Positions 28,179 through 44,050 of a DNA stretch of 64,000 nt are shown piece by piece; the stretch's first letter is position 1; the number at the start of each line of letters is the position of its first letter. Position numbers and translations under genes: made by a program. A model generated the notes under the pieces. It worked only from the letters and a program-made list of their open reading frames with translations, was not told where the DNA came from and searched no databases. The stretch is taken from assembly GCF_009914755.1 (NCBI RefSeq), contig NC_060931.1. One strand, given 5' to 3'. This DNA comes from the human T2T-CHM13v2.0 reference genome, Homo sapiens.

Positions 28179-28768
28179 GTGGCCATTCACCGTGATAGGA
28201 ATTTGAAGGCTGCATTTTGCTGAAAATGACGGTACAAACAAGAAAATTTGAATCCAGCTCAACTACAGACTGCATGGATTTAACCCCTTATACTAATAGC
28301 ATGACAAAGGAGGTATGCCCATTTTCAAGCACAAATAGTATTTATCTCAGTGTTTACTATCTTTTACACACAATAAAAGTTTACAAGTCCTATGAAATCA
28401 AGACAATAAGACTTATAAAGAGACAAAACAATCAAAGAGGCCAGACCCAGAGATGGAGCTGGTGCTGGAATATTAATATCAGATTTAACATTACTATACA
28501 CATTTAACATTACAATGGCTAATATGTTAAAGGAGATACTGGAAAAGATGAACAACAGGCATCAACAAATGAATTTCATCAAAGTGACAGAAACTACAGA
28601 AAGAATCAAATAGAAATACTAGAAGAGAGAAAACAATATTGGATAAAGAAGTCCCTTTAAGAGGCTTATTGCATGTGGGCAGACTGGACATAATACAGTA
28701 AAGAATCAGTGAACTTGAATGTTGGTAAATAGATAGTATCCAAACTGAAACACAAAGGGAATATAAAG

Positions 28769-28860
28769 AATGGCACATGTATACATATGTAACAAACCTG
28801 CACGTTGTGCACATGTACCCTAAAACTTAAAGTATAATAATAATAAAATTTAAAAAAAAA
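28769..28860 (+). mobile_element. Extremely 5'-truncated L1PA (L1PA4-like) 3' end
   Basis: atggcacatgtatacatatgtaacaaacctgcacgttgtgcacatgtaccctaaaacttaaagtataataa plus A tail. Confidence 0.85.
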
Positions 28861-29222
28861 TGAACAAAACAAAAGAGAATATCCATGATCAGCAGAACAC
28901 AATAAAATGATTGAACTTAACATATAATTTATTGGAGTCACCAAGGGACGATGGATAGAGAGAATGGGGCAGCAGAATAGTTTAAAAGATAATGATGAGA
29001 ATTTTCCAGACTTAATGAAAGATAATAAACCACAGATCAAAGAACTGTTAAAAGAATAAGCACACAGAAGCTTAATGTTAAACACAGTCAAACTGTCAAA
29101 AACCAACATAAAGAAAAATATAAAGAGAAAAGTTTGAAAGCAGTTAGAGAAAAATGAAATGTCACACACATAGGATCTAATAAAAATAATAGCAGACTTC
29201 TCATCAGAAACAATTAATGCCA

Positions 29223-29607
<385 letters not shown>

Positions 29608-30236
29608 TCAGTGAAACTATCATTCAGAAATGAAGGCTAAAAAAGACTTCTCTAGACAGACAAAAGATGAAAAGTTCATCTATGGCAAAACCCATTGCTA
29701 AAAATGTTAAAAAGAAAGCCTAAAGACTTAAGGAGTACTGCCATATCCATGGTTCTATAAGATGGAATGAAGGACCCCAGAAAGAATTAATAAGTAGTAA
29801 ATATAGAATATCTTTATATAATAAATCTTACATATATATGTAAACACTTTGGCTAATTAAAAGAAAAATAATAAGAAGTGATCATAAGTTATCCATGGAA
29901 ACAAAGGGAAGATAGTAATTAGAAATATATTGTCTTAAAGTTCTTAAATAGTTTGTGAACTAATACAATACTTGGGGAACATACTGTGATAAGGTAAAGA
30001 TGCATGTTTTAGTATCTAAAGCAATCACTAAAAATTAACCCAAAACCAAAAACATATAACTAAAACATCATTAGAGGAAATAAGATAAAATACTGCGAAT
30101 ATTTGATTCATCCACAATCCCCAACTGAAAAAAGGTGGCTGTACTCCGTTAAAAATAAAAAAAAAACACCATTAGGCACATGAATTTCACATAATAGAAA
30201 GCTGTAATGTCCAGTCTAGTTTATAAAAGCATAACT

Positions 30237-30279
<43 letters not shown>

Positions 30280-30933
30280 TTTTTGTTTTTAGTTCTTTTT
30301 ATTATTATTATTATTTTACTTTAAGTTTTAGGGTACATGTGCACAATGTGCAGGTTAGTTACATATGTATACCTGTGCCATGCTGGTGCGCTGCACCCAC
30401 TAACTTGTCATCTAGCATTAGGTATATCTCCCAATGCTATCCCTCCCCCCTCGCCGCACCCCACAACAGTCCCCAGAGTGTGATGTTCCCCTTCCTGTGT
30501 CCATGTGTTCTCATTGTTCAGTTCCCACCTATGAGTGAGAATATGCGGTGTTTGGTTTTTTATTCTTGTGATAGTTTACTGAGAATGATGATTTCCAATT
30601 TCATCCATGTCCCTGCAAAGGACATGAACTCATCATTTTTTATGGCTGCATAGTATTCCATGGTGTATATGTGCCACATTTTCTTAATCCAGTCTATCAT
30701 TGTTGGACATTTGGGTTGGGTCCAAGTCTTTGCTATTGTGAATAATGCTGCAATAAACATACGTGTGCATGTGTCTTTATAGCAGCATGATTTATAGTCC
30801 TTTGGGTATATACCCAGTAATGGAATGGCTGGGTCAAATGGTATTTCTAGTTCTAGATCCCTGAGGAATTGCCACACTGACTTCCACAATGGTCGAACTA
30901 GTTTACAGTCCCACCAGTAATGTAAAAGTGTTC

Positions 30934-34344
<3,411 letters not shown>

Positions 34345-34392
34345 TTATTTTGCTCGTTAGTTGATGCAGTTTCTTCCTAGTCTCAATGGTCT

Positions 34393-35409
34393 TTACATTT
34401 TGGCATGATTTTGCAGTGGCTGGTACCGGTTGTTCCTTTCCATGTTTAGCACTTCCTTCAGGAGCTCTTTTAGGGCAGGCCTGGTGGTGACAAAATCTCT
34501 CAGCATTTGCTTGTCTGTAAAGTATTTTATTTCTCCTTCACTTATGAAGCTTAGTTTGGCTGGATATGAAATTCTGGGTTGAAAATTCTTTTCTTTAAGA
34601 ATGTTGAATATTGGCCCCCACTCTCTTCTGGCTTGTAGAGTTTCTGCTGAGAGATCTGCTGTTAGTCTGATGGGCTTCCCTTTGATGGTAACCCGACCTT
34701 TCTCTCTTGCTGCCCTTAACATTTTTTCCCTCATTTCAACTTTGGTGAATCTGACAATTATGTGTCTTGGTGTTGCTCTTCTCAAGGAGTATCTTTGTGG
34801 CATTCTCTGTATTTCCTGAATCTGAGTTTTGGCCTGCCTTGCTAGATTGGGGAAGTTCTCCTGGATAATATCCTGCAGAGTGTTTTCCAACTTGGTTCCA
34901 TTCTCCCTGTCACTTTCAGGTACACCAATCAGATGTAGATTTGGTCTTTTCACATAGTCCCATATTTCTTGGAGGCTTTGCTCGTTTCTTTTTATTCTTT
35001 TTTCTCTAAACTTCCCTTCTTGCTTCATTTCATTCATTTCATCTTCCATCACTGATACCCTTTCTTCCAGTTGATCGCATTGGCTCCTGAGGCTTCTGCA
35101 TTCTTCACATAGTTCTGGAGCCTTGGTTTTCAGCTCCATCAGCTCCTTTAAGCACTTCTCTGTATTGGTTATTCTGGTTATACATTCTTCTAAATCTTTT
35201 TCAAAGTTTTCAACTTCTTTGCCTTTGGTTTGAATGTCCTCCCGTAGCTCAGAGTAATTTGATCGTCTGAAGCCTTCTTCTCTCAGCTTGTCAAAGTCAT
35301 TCTGCGTCCAGCTTTGTTCCGTTGCTGGTGAGGAACTGAGTTCCTTTGGAGGAGGAGAGTCGCTCTGCTTTTTAGAGTTTCCATTTTTTCTGTTCTGTTT
35401 TTTCCCCAT
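34393..35409 (-). CDS. LINE-1 ORF1p, intact 338 aa
   Basis: MGKKQNRK...REKG...ARR...YPAKLSF...QNHAKM, full canonical length with no stops. Confidence 0.93.
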   Translation of the reverse strand: MGKKQNRKNGNSKKQSDSPPPKELSSSPATEQSWTQNDFDKLREEGFRRSNYSELREDIQTKGKEVENFEKDLEECITRITNTEKCLKELMELKTKAPELCEECRSLRSQCDQLEERVSVMEDEMNEMKQEGKFREKRIKRNEQSLQEIWDYVKRPNLHLIGVPESDRENGTKLENTLQDIIQENFPNLARQAKTQIQEIQRMPQRYSLRRATPRHIIVRFTKVEMREKMLRAAREKGRVTIKGKPIRLTADLSAETLQARREWGPIFNILKEKNFQPRISYPAKLSFISEGEIKYFTDKQMLRDFVTTRPALKELLKEVLNMERNNRYQPLQNHAKM

Positions 35410-35864
35410 CTTTGTGGTTTTATCTACTTTTGGTCTTTGATGATGGTGATGTACAGTTGGGTTTTTGGTGTGGATGTCCTTTCCGTTTGTTAGTTTTCCT
35501 TCTAACAGACAGGACTCTCAGCTGCAGGTCTGTTGGAGTACCCGGCCGTGTGAGGTGTCAGTCTGCCCCTGCTGGGGGGTGCCTCCCAGTTAGGCTGCTC
35601 GGGGGTCAGGGGTCAGGGACCCACTTGAGGAGGCAGTCTGCATGTTCTCAGATCTCCAGCTGCATGCTGGGAGAACCACTGCTCTCTTCAAAGCTGTCAG
35701 ACAGGGACATTTAAGTCTGCAGAGGTTACTGCTGTCTTTTTGTTTGTCTGTGCCCTGCCCCTAGAGGTGGAGCCTAAAGAGGCAGGCAGGCCTCCTTGAG
35801 CTGTGGTGGGCTCCACCCAGTTCGAGCTTCCTGGCTGCTTCGTTTACCTAAGCAATCCTGGGCA

Positions 35865-36110
35865 ATGGCGGGCGCCCCTCCCCCAGGCTTGCTGCTGCCT
35901 TGCCGTTTGATCTCAGACTGCTGTGCTAGCAATCAGCGAGACTCCCTGGGCGTAGGACCCTCCGAGCCATGTGCGGGATATAATCTCCTGGTGTGCTGTT
36001 TTTTAAGCCCGTCAGAAAAGCGCAGTATTCGGGTGGGAGTGACCCGATTTTCCAGGTGCTGTCTGTCACCACTTTCTTTGACTAGGAAAGGGAACTCCCT
36101 GACCCCTTGA
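35865..36110 (+). CDS. L1 antisense ORF0 (81 aa)
   Basis: ATG in gcaATGg context; MAGAPPP...LISDCCASNQRDS.GVGPSEP...IRVGVTRFSRC resembles primate L1 ORF0. Confidence 0.75.
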   Translation: MAGAPPPGLLLPCRLISDCCASNQRDSLGVGPSEPCAGYNLLVCCFLSPSEKRSIRVGVTRFSRCCLSPLSLTRKGNSLTP

Positions 36111-36293
36111 GCTTCCTGAGTGAGGCAATGCCTTGCCCTGCTTCAGCTCGCGCACAGTGCATGCACCCACTGACCTGCGCCCACTGTCTGGCACTCCCTA
36201 GTGAGATGAACCCGGTACCTCAGATGGAAATGCAGAAATCACCCATCTTCTGCGTCACTCACACTGGGAGCTGTAGACCGGAGCTGTTCCTAT

Positions 36294-36306
36294 CCGGCCA
36301 TCTTGG
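36294..36306 (-). promoter_or_regulatory. YY1 site at the 5' end of the L1 internal promoter
   Basis: caagatggcc on the minus strand, about 12 nt from the L1 5' end. Confidence 0.8.
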
Positions 36307-36565
36307 CTTCTCCCCCAAAAGCATAACTTTAAAAGAGAGGTGCTCAGCTCATATTTCTTTGTTCCAGAAATCACTAGAATACCAAAAAAATTGGAGTCCA
36401 GATCCATGTGGTATTCAGAACTGGGTCTATGAGGATGTAAAGAATAAACCACCATTTTCTCAATGTGAGAAGATTTCAGAGATGAACCATCCCAGCCCAG
36501 TATGTCATACGTCATATGGTTAACAACTGGATTTAGAAAGTTTGCAGCTCCTCTTCCCTCACACT

Positions 36566-37310
36566 CAGCTTTATTGAGGTAAATTGATGAATAAAAATTG
36601 TGTATATTTAAGGTATACATGTGATGTTTTGACATATATATATGTCTTTCTGTGCCTGGCTTATTTTACTTAGCACAATGTCCTCCAACTTCATCCATAT
36701 TGTTGCAAATGGCAGAATTTACTTCTTTTCTTTTCTTTCTTTTTTTTTTTTAATTTTGAGACAGGGTTTCACTCTGTCACCCAGGCTGGAGTGCAGTGGT
36801 GTGATCACAGCTTACTGCAGCCTTGAACTTCTGGGCTCAAGCAATCCTCAAGAGAACTCCTGGGCTCAAGTCCTTCCTGCTGGGATCACAGGCACATGTC
36901 ACCATGCCCATTAATTTTTAGTTTTTTTCTTACAGATGGGGTCTTGCTATGTTGCCCAGGCTGGTATTGAACTCTTGGCTTCAAGTGTCCTCCTGCCCTC
37001 GGCCTCCCAAAGTGCTGAGATTACAGGTGTGAGCTGCTGTGTCCAGCCAGATTTCCTTCTCCTTTAAGGCTGAGGAGCATTCCATTGTGTATATATACAC
37101 CAGATTTTCTTTATCCATTCTTTAATGGACCTTAAGTCGAATCCATATCTTGGCTATTGTGAACATGGCTAATGTTGCAATGAACATTGGAGTGCAGATA
37201 TCTCTTTAACAGACTGATTTTATTTCCTTTGGATATATACCTAGTAGTGGAATTGCTAGATCATATGTTAGTTCTATTTTTAATTTTTTGAGAAATCGCC
37301 ATCCACTTTT
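36566..37310 (-). mobile_element. L1MA (MA7-9-like) 3' fragment interrupted by AluJ
   Basis: cagctttattgaggtaaattga...tatatttaaggtatac; resumes after the Alu with taaggctga...ttccattgtgtatatatacacc. Confidence 0.8.
36725..37048 (-). mobile_element. AluJ
   Basis: Antisense Alu with J diagnostics (ctcctgggctcaag, tcttgctatgttgcccagg). Confidence 0.88.
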
Positions 37311-38946
37311 TGAATGAACGGTACTTAATGGAAGAGTATTTTATAGTTACCCACATGGTCCAGGAAACTCTTCCATCCCTCCCTTTCTTACTCCCTCCCT
37401 CCCTCTCTCCTTCCTTTCCTTAGGCAGGGCCACACTCCTCCAAGCTTCTCTCCTTTGTGACTCATCCCATTGCATATCTTTCTGCAGGACTTAAGCACTG
37501 AGTGGCCAGCTTCACACAGCTCCATGAGGTCACAGGAGAAGACTGAGCCCAGGATGTGAACGGACACCCAGCTGGGCAGAAGGGAGCCAGGTAAGAACTC
37601 TGGCCAACCACTGGCCATGCACTTCGCAGGGGCTGCTGATCTGTCCAGTCAGAAAATAATGGACCTGACTGGCTATTTTTCTCCATTCAAGTTTGCTGAC
37701 TCCTGTTTTTCAACAAATACTGCTCCTTTACAAAAATGTGTGCCTACATTTGTTTTCACTGATGAAATTGTGTACAAAACAAATACACTGCAAGGATTGT
37801 ATTTTGAAGCATAAATTGATTATAATTCAAACAGTCATGTTTCTCAAACCCTGAGTCATGATTTTAGTAGCACTCAGTAGCTTGAAAAAGCTGTTTGTGT
37901 GTGTGTGAGGATGGGGGGATCCTTAAACCACCATACCACTTAGTTTAAAATCAAGTGACCCAGTTTACATTTTTCCAGTCTTTCTTAGTGATGAAATGTT
38001 AGTGACACCCACTTAAGGAATATCTGAGATGTCTGTGCACAAAGCATATCATGAGCCAGTACCTCAGCTAACACACAAGGAAGCCTGGTCCTGAGGCCCT
38101 GATCCTTCAGCACGAGCCCGGAGGTGATGCAGGGCTCCTGACCCACAGCTCAAGCCTGTCTCTGTGAAATATAATCCATGGATTTTAGCACAACAAGGGA
38201 TCTCTGCACTCGGCCTGCTGAACTGTCTTCTGCAACTACAGAAACTGAGGTCCGGGGTAGGGCAGGGACACATGGCAGGCTTGCATGGCTGGCACATGGT
38301 GAAAAGGGGGTGTCCCCTCCTGTGATACTGTCCTGTATCCATCAAGCAGCAAGTGTCCCACAAGCATGTGGGGTCTTAATGGCTCATCAGGGCAGTTCTC
38401 AGGGCTTGAGCCTCGGGGGAGGGTGTGGTTGGGATGTATATGTTCCCTGGGGCAGGCAGAGGGAGATGGAAGACGGCAGAAGGAAGGCAGCCAGGCAAAG
38501 GGAAGCCAGGAGAATGGCATAGGGGCCCAGCATTTCTGGCTCCTGCAGGGGACACAGGGGTCAGGAGTAGCTGGCTGGCTGGGGAGGGGAGAGAAAATGA
38601 GGAGATGTAAAGTATGTAGGGAATGGGAAGGTGGAAGGTTGAGCTGGGAGGGACATCTGAACACACTCAGGCCTGTGGACATGAGGGTCCCCTGGGTGTG
38701 ACCATCTCCAAACCTTCCTTTTGTTGCTTTTAATTGTTAGTTTACCTGGTATCTGAAGCAGTGTGGACATTTGCACTGAGCTGTACTACATTCTGCACAG
38801 GTGATGCCTTGTGTGGTTTGTGAGCAGAAAGGAATAGAGAGTTGTAAGGGCCCAGTGATGATTGAGCCAGCTGGATGCAGCTCACTGCCTTCCTGTGGTG
38901 CAATTGAAGAGGGGAACCTGCGAGGCCACAACTGCTCATCCTGCCT

Positions 38947-39284
38947 GCTATGGTTTGAATGAGTTCCCCAAAGCCTCATATGTTCATCCCTCACGTGGCA
39001 GTGCTGGGAGGTGGGGCCTAGTGAGAGGTGATCAGGTTTTATAATGGATTAAGGTTACAGCAGGAGTGGGATTGTGAGAGTGGGTGCGTTATAAAAGTGA
39101 GTTCAGTTCTCTCACCCTCTCACCTTCAGCCATGGGATGACATAGAGAGAAGGCCTTTGCCAGATGCAGACACCTTGGTATTGGACTTTCCAGCCCCCAG
39201 AACTGTGAGCCAAATAAATTTATGCTCATTATAAATGACTCAGTCTGTGGTATTTTGCTGGAGTAGCACAAATGAACTAAGATG
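38947..39284 (+). mobile_element. MST-type (MSTC/D) MaLR solo LTR
   Basis: tgctatggtttgaatg start; ttggactttccagcccccagaactgtgagccaaataaattt; ends gaactaagat. Confidence 0.85.
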
Positions 39285-41429
39285 TGCCCCTTCACCTGGT
39301 GCCCCTCCTTCATACTCACCCCCACCTACTCTGAGCCCTGATGCTGCGTTACCTGCCTGCTCAGCCTGTTAGGGGTCTGTGTACATATCTATCTGCTCAG
39401 CTAACTTCAGAACGTCTGCCGATTCCATCCTGGCACCTGGAGCCTGTGCTGCACCTGGCACGGAGCAGTTCCCTCAAACCCAGATGTGGAGGCCTGAGCT
39501 GGCTATTGTGGGGACCCTGGAACCCTGTTTTTCTTGTTGGAAAAATTGGTGAAGGCACATTCTCTGGCTATGTAGCAGAAGCCCAGGGTCCTCCTCATTG
39601 CTTAGGTTTTTATATGCAGATAGAGACCAATTTCTGGGATCCAGGAGAATTTGAGACTGTCTAGGTGGTCTCACAGCCCAGAAGTAGTTGCAACTCTTCT
39701 CAGTGAGACCAGAATGTCCACTGTGGAAATAGTCTGTGCTTTCAAAAAATAAAACATGTTCATTCTAGGTCTAACCTGTAGGAAAAGACCTGCTCCTATA
39801 GGCTGTGGGGCTTCTTGTGGCTGCAGGAGGGCAAGCAGGACCCTCTCACAGCTCTGGGTTTTTGTCCTTCTGGCCTACCTGGGAGGGGGTCGGCAGCTGC
39901 CCGGGGTGAGTGGGGAGAGGCCTGGAAGACCCCTCAGAGGATCTTCAAAAATAATAGCAACAGTAATAATGATAATATCACTGCTGGTTAGATAAAAATT
40001 ATCAGGGGCCAGATGTGCTCCACGAGCTCTAATCCACCACCGCCCATCCCACAGTGAGCTGATGCTGCTTCTCACCATTTTTATAGCCCCCCTCTCCCAC
40101 GGAAGCACCTGCTGCCCCTGCTTCTGCCCCCAGAGCCCCTGACCATGGGAGAAGAGGCCTGGAGTCCAGCCCCAGGATGGAGCTGCAGTGGCCCATCTGC
40201 AAAATGGGCACAACAGGGACTGTCCTACCCACCCAAGGGGATGACCTGGCCTTGGCGTGGCCAAGGGTGGTGGGATTTCTGTTCTAGGACTTGTTTTAGG
40301 GAGCAGCAGGAGGGACCACAGGCCTCTGGGGCAGAGAGCAGCTGAGGGGCCCTGTCTTGAGGCTCTGTCTGCAGGTGAGAGGGCGTGGGGTGAGGGGGCC
40401 TTTGTGGGTTCCAGATTTGCTGATGCTTGGCTGGTCCAGAGGGTGTTACAGGTGTCAGGATGGAGCCTTCCAACCTGGTCCCCTGCCTTATCCCAAAGAG
40501 CAACAAATGACAAATGGAAGCTGTCTTTGTCTATGAACTCTGGCCTCTATGTCCCGAGCAGGTATCAGGCACCTGAGATGTGCGGATGAGGAGGAATGCT
40601 GAGTCCCACTCCCCCGGGGAGCAACCCCTGTCTTGGCCGAGACCTCTAGTGACCTTCCCCCACCCAACTCTGCTTGCTACATACAGACACCTGGATGCTC
40701 CTGAGGGCATCCTGAGGCCCCTGCCCAGATGACACTGGGCTTGGCAAGCACCCCTCCCTGCCTGGACACCAATACATCCCAGCACCCCCACCTCCTGCCA
40801 TGAGTCAGGATGACAGTCACACCCCTGATACACTGTGCTCCTGCTTTAACCCTGGCAATGAGACAAGGACGTGGACTTCAGCCCTGTTAGACACTCATCC
40901 TCATCTCCACTGTGCGGATGACAGAGTGGGAATGATTTGTTGTACCTTGTGGGTGTAGGACTCAAGAATGAGCTGACATCTCTGACAAGGAGCTGGACTT
41001 TCCATGGGTCCTTCGGGCCCCAGGTTGCTCTGCCCACCACGGTCACCCTGGCAGCTCCTGGGCTTCACCAGTATCAGCAGGGGTTGCACTCTTTCCATGG
41101 TGGATGCCTGGTTCAGAAGCCTTGTCATGTTTAATGTTTTGTGTACCACAATAATTAAATGAGGCCAAAGTACTTGTTCCTACTGAAATGAAAATGATCT
41201 GAAGAAATAACCCACATACAAAGTTAATGCATAGACTGGCCCAGCCTGGTCTGTATTTACTTTGGGGGATCCCTGGGCCTGTATGGGGCCTCAGGTGGAC
41301 CCCAGAGCTCCTAGCTGCACACCATCCTTCTTCTATCTCCCCGTCTACACCTCCTCCCAGCCCACATGTCAATTCATCTAAAGGACCGAGGTGCTGCTCT
41401 TGGCTCCAAGGTCCCCAGCCAGTATAGAA

Positions 41430-41920
41430 CAGCAAAGCCAAAAATAAGTAGACAAACAAATGAATAAACAAGCAAGCAAATAAATGTTATAAGGACTGGA
41501 AATAAATTTTAAAAAACTTTTAGTATTCATACATGATAGGAGTGTGTATGTAGAAGATACGAAGCAGTCTTAAATGAAGAGTGACAACTAATAATAGTGC
41601 TTAGTGATATTGCTGGAATTAAAATCAATATACAGAATTAACTGTTTCTATATACTAGCAACATACCTGTTGTGAAATAAATTTTTTATTCATTTGTAAA
41701 CATGAAAAAATCTATTTACACTAAAAATATGAATGACTCAAGGATAAAGTAACACATCTAGAAGATGTTCTATACTGTTATGAGAAAAATTACAAAAAAA
41801 TCACTAGAAATAGGCAGGAAATCACTGAAAAGTACTGAAATAAATGTAGAGGTGTAATATGATCTTGGACTGGAAAACACATTTTTAAAGGTCAATTCTG
41901 CACAAATTGATCTATATTTA
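41430..41920 (+). mobile_element. Old L1ME ORF2 fragment
   Basis: aaaatcaatatacagaattaactgtttctatatactagcaac...caaattgatctatatt. Confidence 0.6.
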
Positions 41921-42609
41921 AAAAAACTCACTCTCTGAGCCACACCCTGTGTTAAGCATGAGGACGCTGATCTTTGGGCTTGTGTTTTAATTATTTTTGT
42001 TCATGCCTCTTCTCCTCCGTCAGACCAGGGGCCCCTCAGGGTAGGAACCTCACACAGGGCCAACAACACAGTAGGAGTCAAACTATCATCTGGTATAGTT
42101 GCAAAACGCAATTTTCTTAAGAGCAAATTGTTATAAAATGCACAGCTGTTTCCTGTCATATGTCATGAGGATAAACACCTGTTTGCATGGAAAAAAAAAA
42201 GTGTCCTGTCCAAATGGATCCTGTAAGCAGAACCACAATGAGTCCCATTGGACTTGGACTAACAGCGGTCCTACAGGATAAGTTAATATGTAATCTCTGC
42301 TTTGTGGAATCAGCCAAGATGATGGGTTACAAAAGCCAAGGGAATTTTGATCAGACATCAGGAAGACCACATGTTGGAAAACAGATAACACTCTTCCTAG
42401 GATGACTGGAGAGGCCAGAGGCATTAGGAATAATATCACAGGGTATAAGTAATGAAGTCTTCAAAATGACTTCATGACTCTGGAGGTAGACATGGCCAGG
42501 GAGTGAGCCAGTGCCTGCCTCCAGTGTGCTACTTGGCCTGCCTGAGCCGGTGCCGAATGCGCCCAACACCTGAGTAACCAGACAGCCCATAGCCATCAGT
42601 GTTCTAAAC

Positions 42610-42845
42610 TGATTGGCCAACCTTTTCTGCAAAACAGTGTAAACAAATGGGGCAAATGTGTTCTAATGAAACTTTATGGGGACTTAAATCTGAATTTCAT
42701 ATTGTTTTCATGTGTCATGAAAGAGTATTCTTTTAATTTTCACCAATCTGTTTAAAAATATAAAAAATAATACTAGCTTGTGAGTCATATAAAAACAGGT
42801 GTGGGCCGGATTTGGCCCATGGGGCCATAGTTCACAGACCCATGT
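42610..42845 (+). mobile_element. MER58 (hAT-Charlie) MITE
   Basis: aaacaaatgggg...aaactttatgg...ggccggatttggcccatggggccatagtt...gaccc. Confidence 0.75.
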
Positions 42846-43529
42846 TCTTAGGTAATACCTCTTGTTTCTTTCCAGATTAGCCCCTTCTTCACCAGGCATC
42901 ATGGGTTGTTCTAAGCTGCCTCTTGCCTTCAGAGTTTTCCAAGAGATAAGCAGTATCTTAGGTTGAGTTCCCCCAATGACTCTGCCAGCGTGATTCAACC
43001 CCATCCTGGAGAGTAAAGTCCTGGTCTCCCCTCCTGCAGGTTCCCCGGTTATGGTTCCTCTGCATGGCATCTGAAGCCTCTTGGAGTGGCTTGGGCAACA
43101 ACCCCTCTTATAACAGCAGAGAGCTTGGCTCCTTTTCCTCCCAACATGTTGAGGAGGAAAACAGACCTGGAAGCCATTGAGGAAGATGGGAAGGAGGTGG
43201 AGGGAGGTGGCCCGAGAAACCAGGCCTTCTTCCCCAGAGCAGGAGCCTGTGACAGAGTTCAGGACGGTGCAGAAGGAACAAGGAGACCTGCAATTGGATA
43301 TTGGGTTGGTTTTGATTTGTATGAGATCAGGCTTTCAATGTGAGAGAGTGAGTCCTAATTTCCAACCGAGACTCTTCCAGCCACGGAATCTCCCTTAGCT
43401 ATTATGTTGTGGGGACCTGGGGAAGGCAGTGAAGAGAAGAGGATGTTTGAGGCTGTGTTTGCAGGAAAACAAAGCAGTTGAGGAATGTTCAATCTGCTTG
43501 ATAAATTGGTCACAGAGGCTTTTTAAAAA

Positions 43530-43720
43530 CAAATTTATTGAAGTCTAATTTACATACCATAAACTTTACCAACCGTAAAATTCAATGATTCTTAGTAAGT
43601 TTACAGAGCTTTGAAACCATCGCCACGATCTAATTTTAGAAATTTACATCAGCCCAAAAACATCTCTCATGCCCAATTGCAGTCAATTCCTTATTCCAAC
43701 AACAATCTCCTTCCTCTCTA
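43530..43720 (-). mobile_element. L1ME 3' terminus
   Basis: tttattgaagtctaatttacataccataaa...aattcaatgattcttagtaagtttacagag. Confidence 0.75.
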
Positions 43721-43721
43721 T

Positions 43722-44050
43722 ACAGTAGTTCCTCCATATCCAAGGTTCCACTTTCTGTGGTTTCAGTTACCCATGGTCAACCATGGTCTGAAAATACTGA
43801 ATGGAAAATCCCAGAAATAAACCATTTATAAGTTTTATATCGAATACTGTTCTGAGTAGCATGATGAAATCTCAGGCGGCCTCACTCCATTCTGCCCAGG
43901 ACATGAATAACCCCTTTGTCTAGCATATCCATGCTGTACCCACACTTTATTGTATAGGAAAAAACAGTGTATATAGGGTTTGGTACTATTCGTGGTTTCA
44001 GGCATCCACCGGGGGTCTTGGAAGGCATCTGTCATGAGTAAGAGTGAACT
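43722..44050 (+). mobile_element. MER44A (Tigger7-derived MITE)
   Basis: TA then cagtagttcctccatatcc...tttcagttacccatggtcaaccatggtctgaaaata...ggtttcaggcatccaccgggggtcttggaa. Confidence 0.85.

Noticed and set aside
38064-41471. Many 60-212 aa ORFs on both strands
   Set aside because: GC-rich non-coding sequence with no domain similarity or consistent exon structure.
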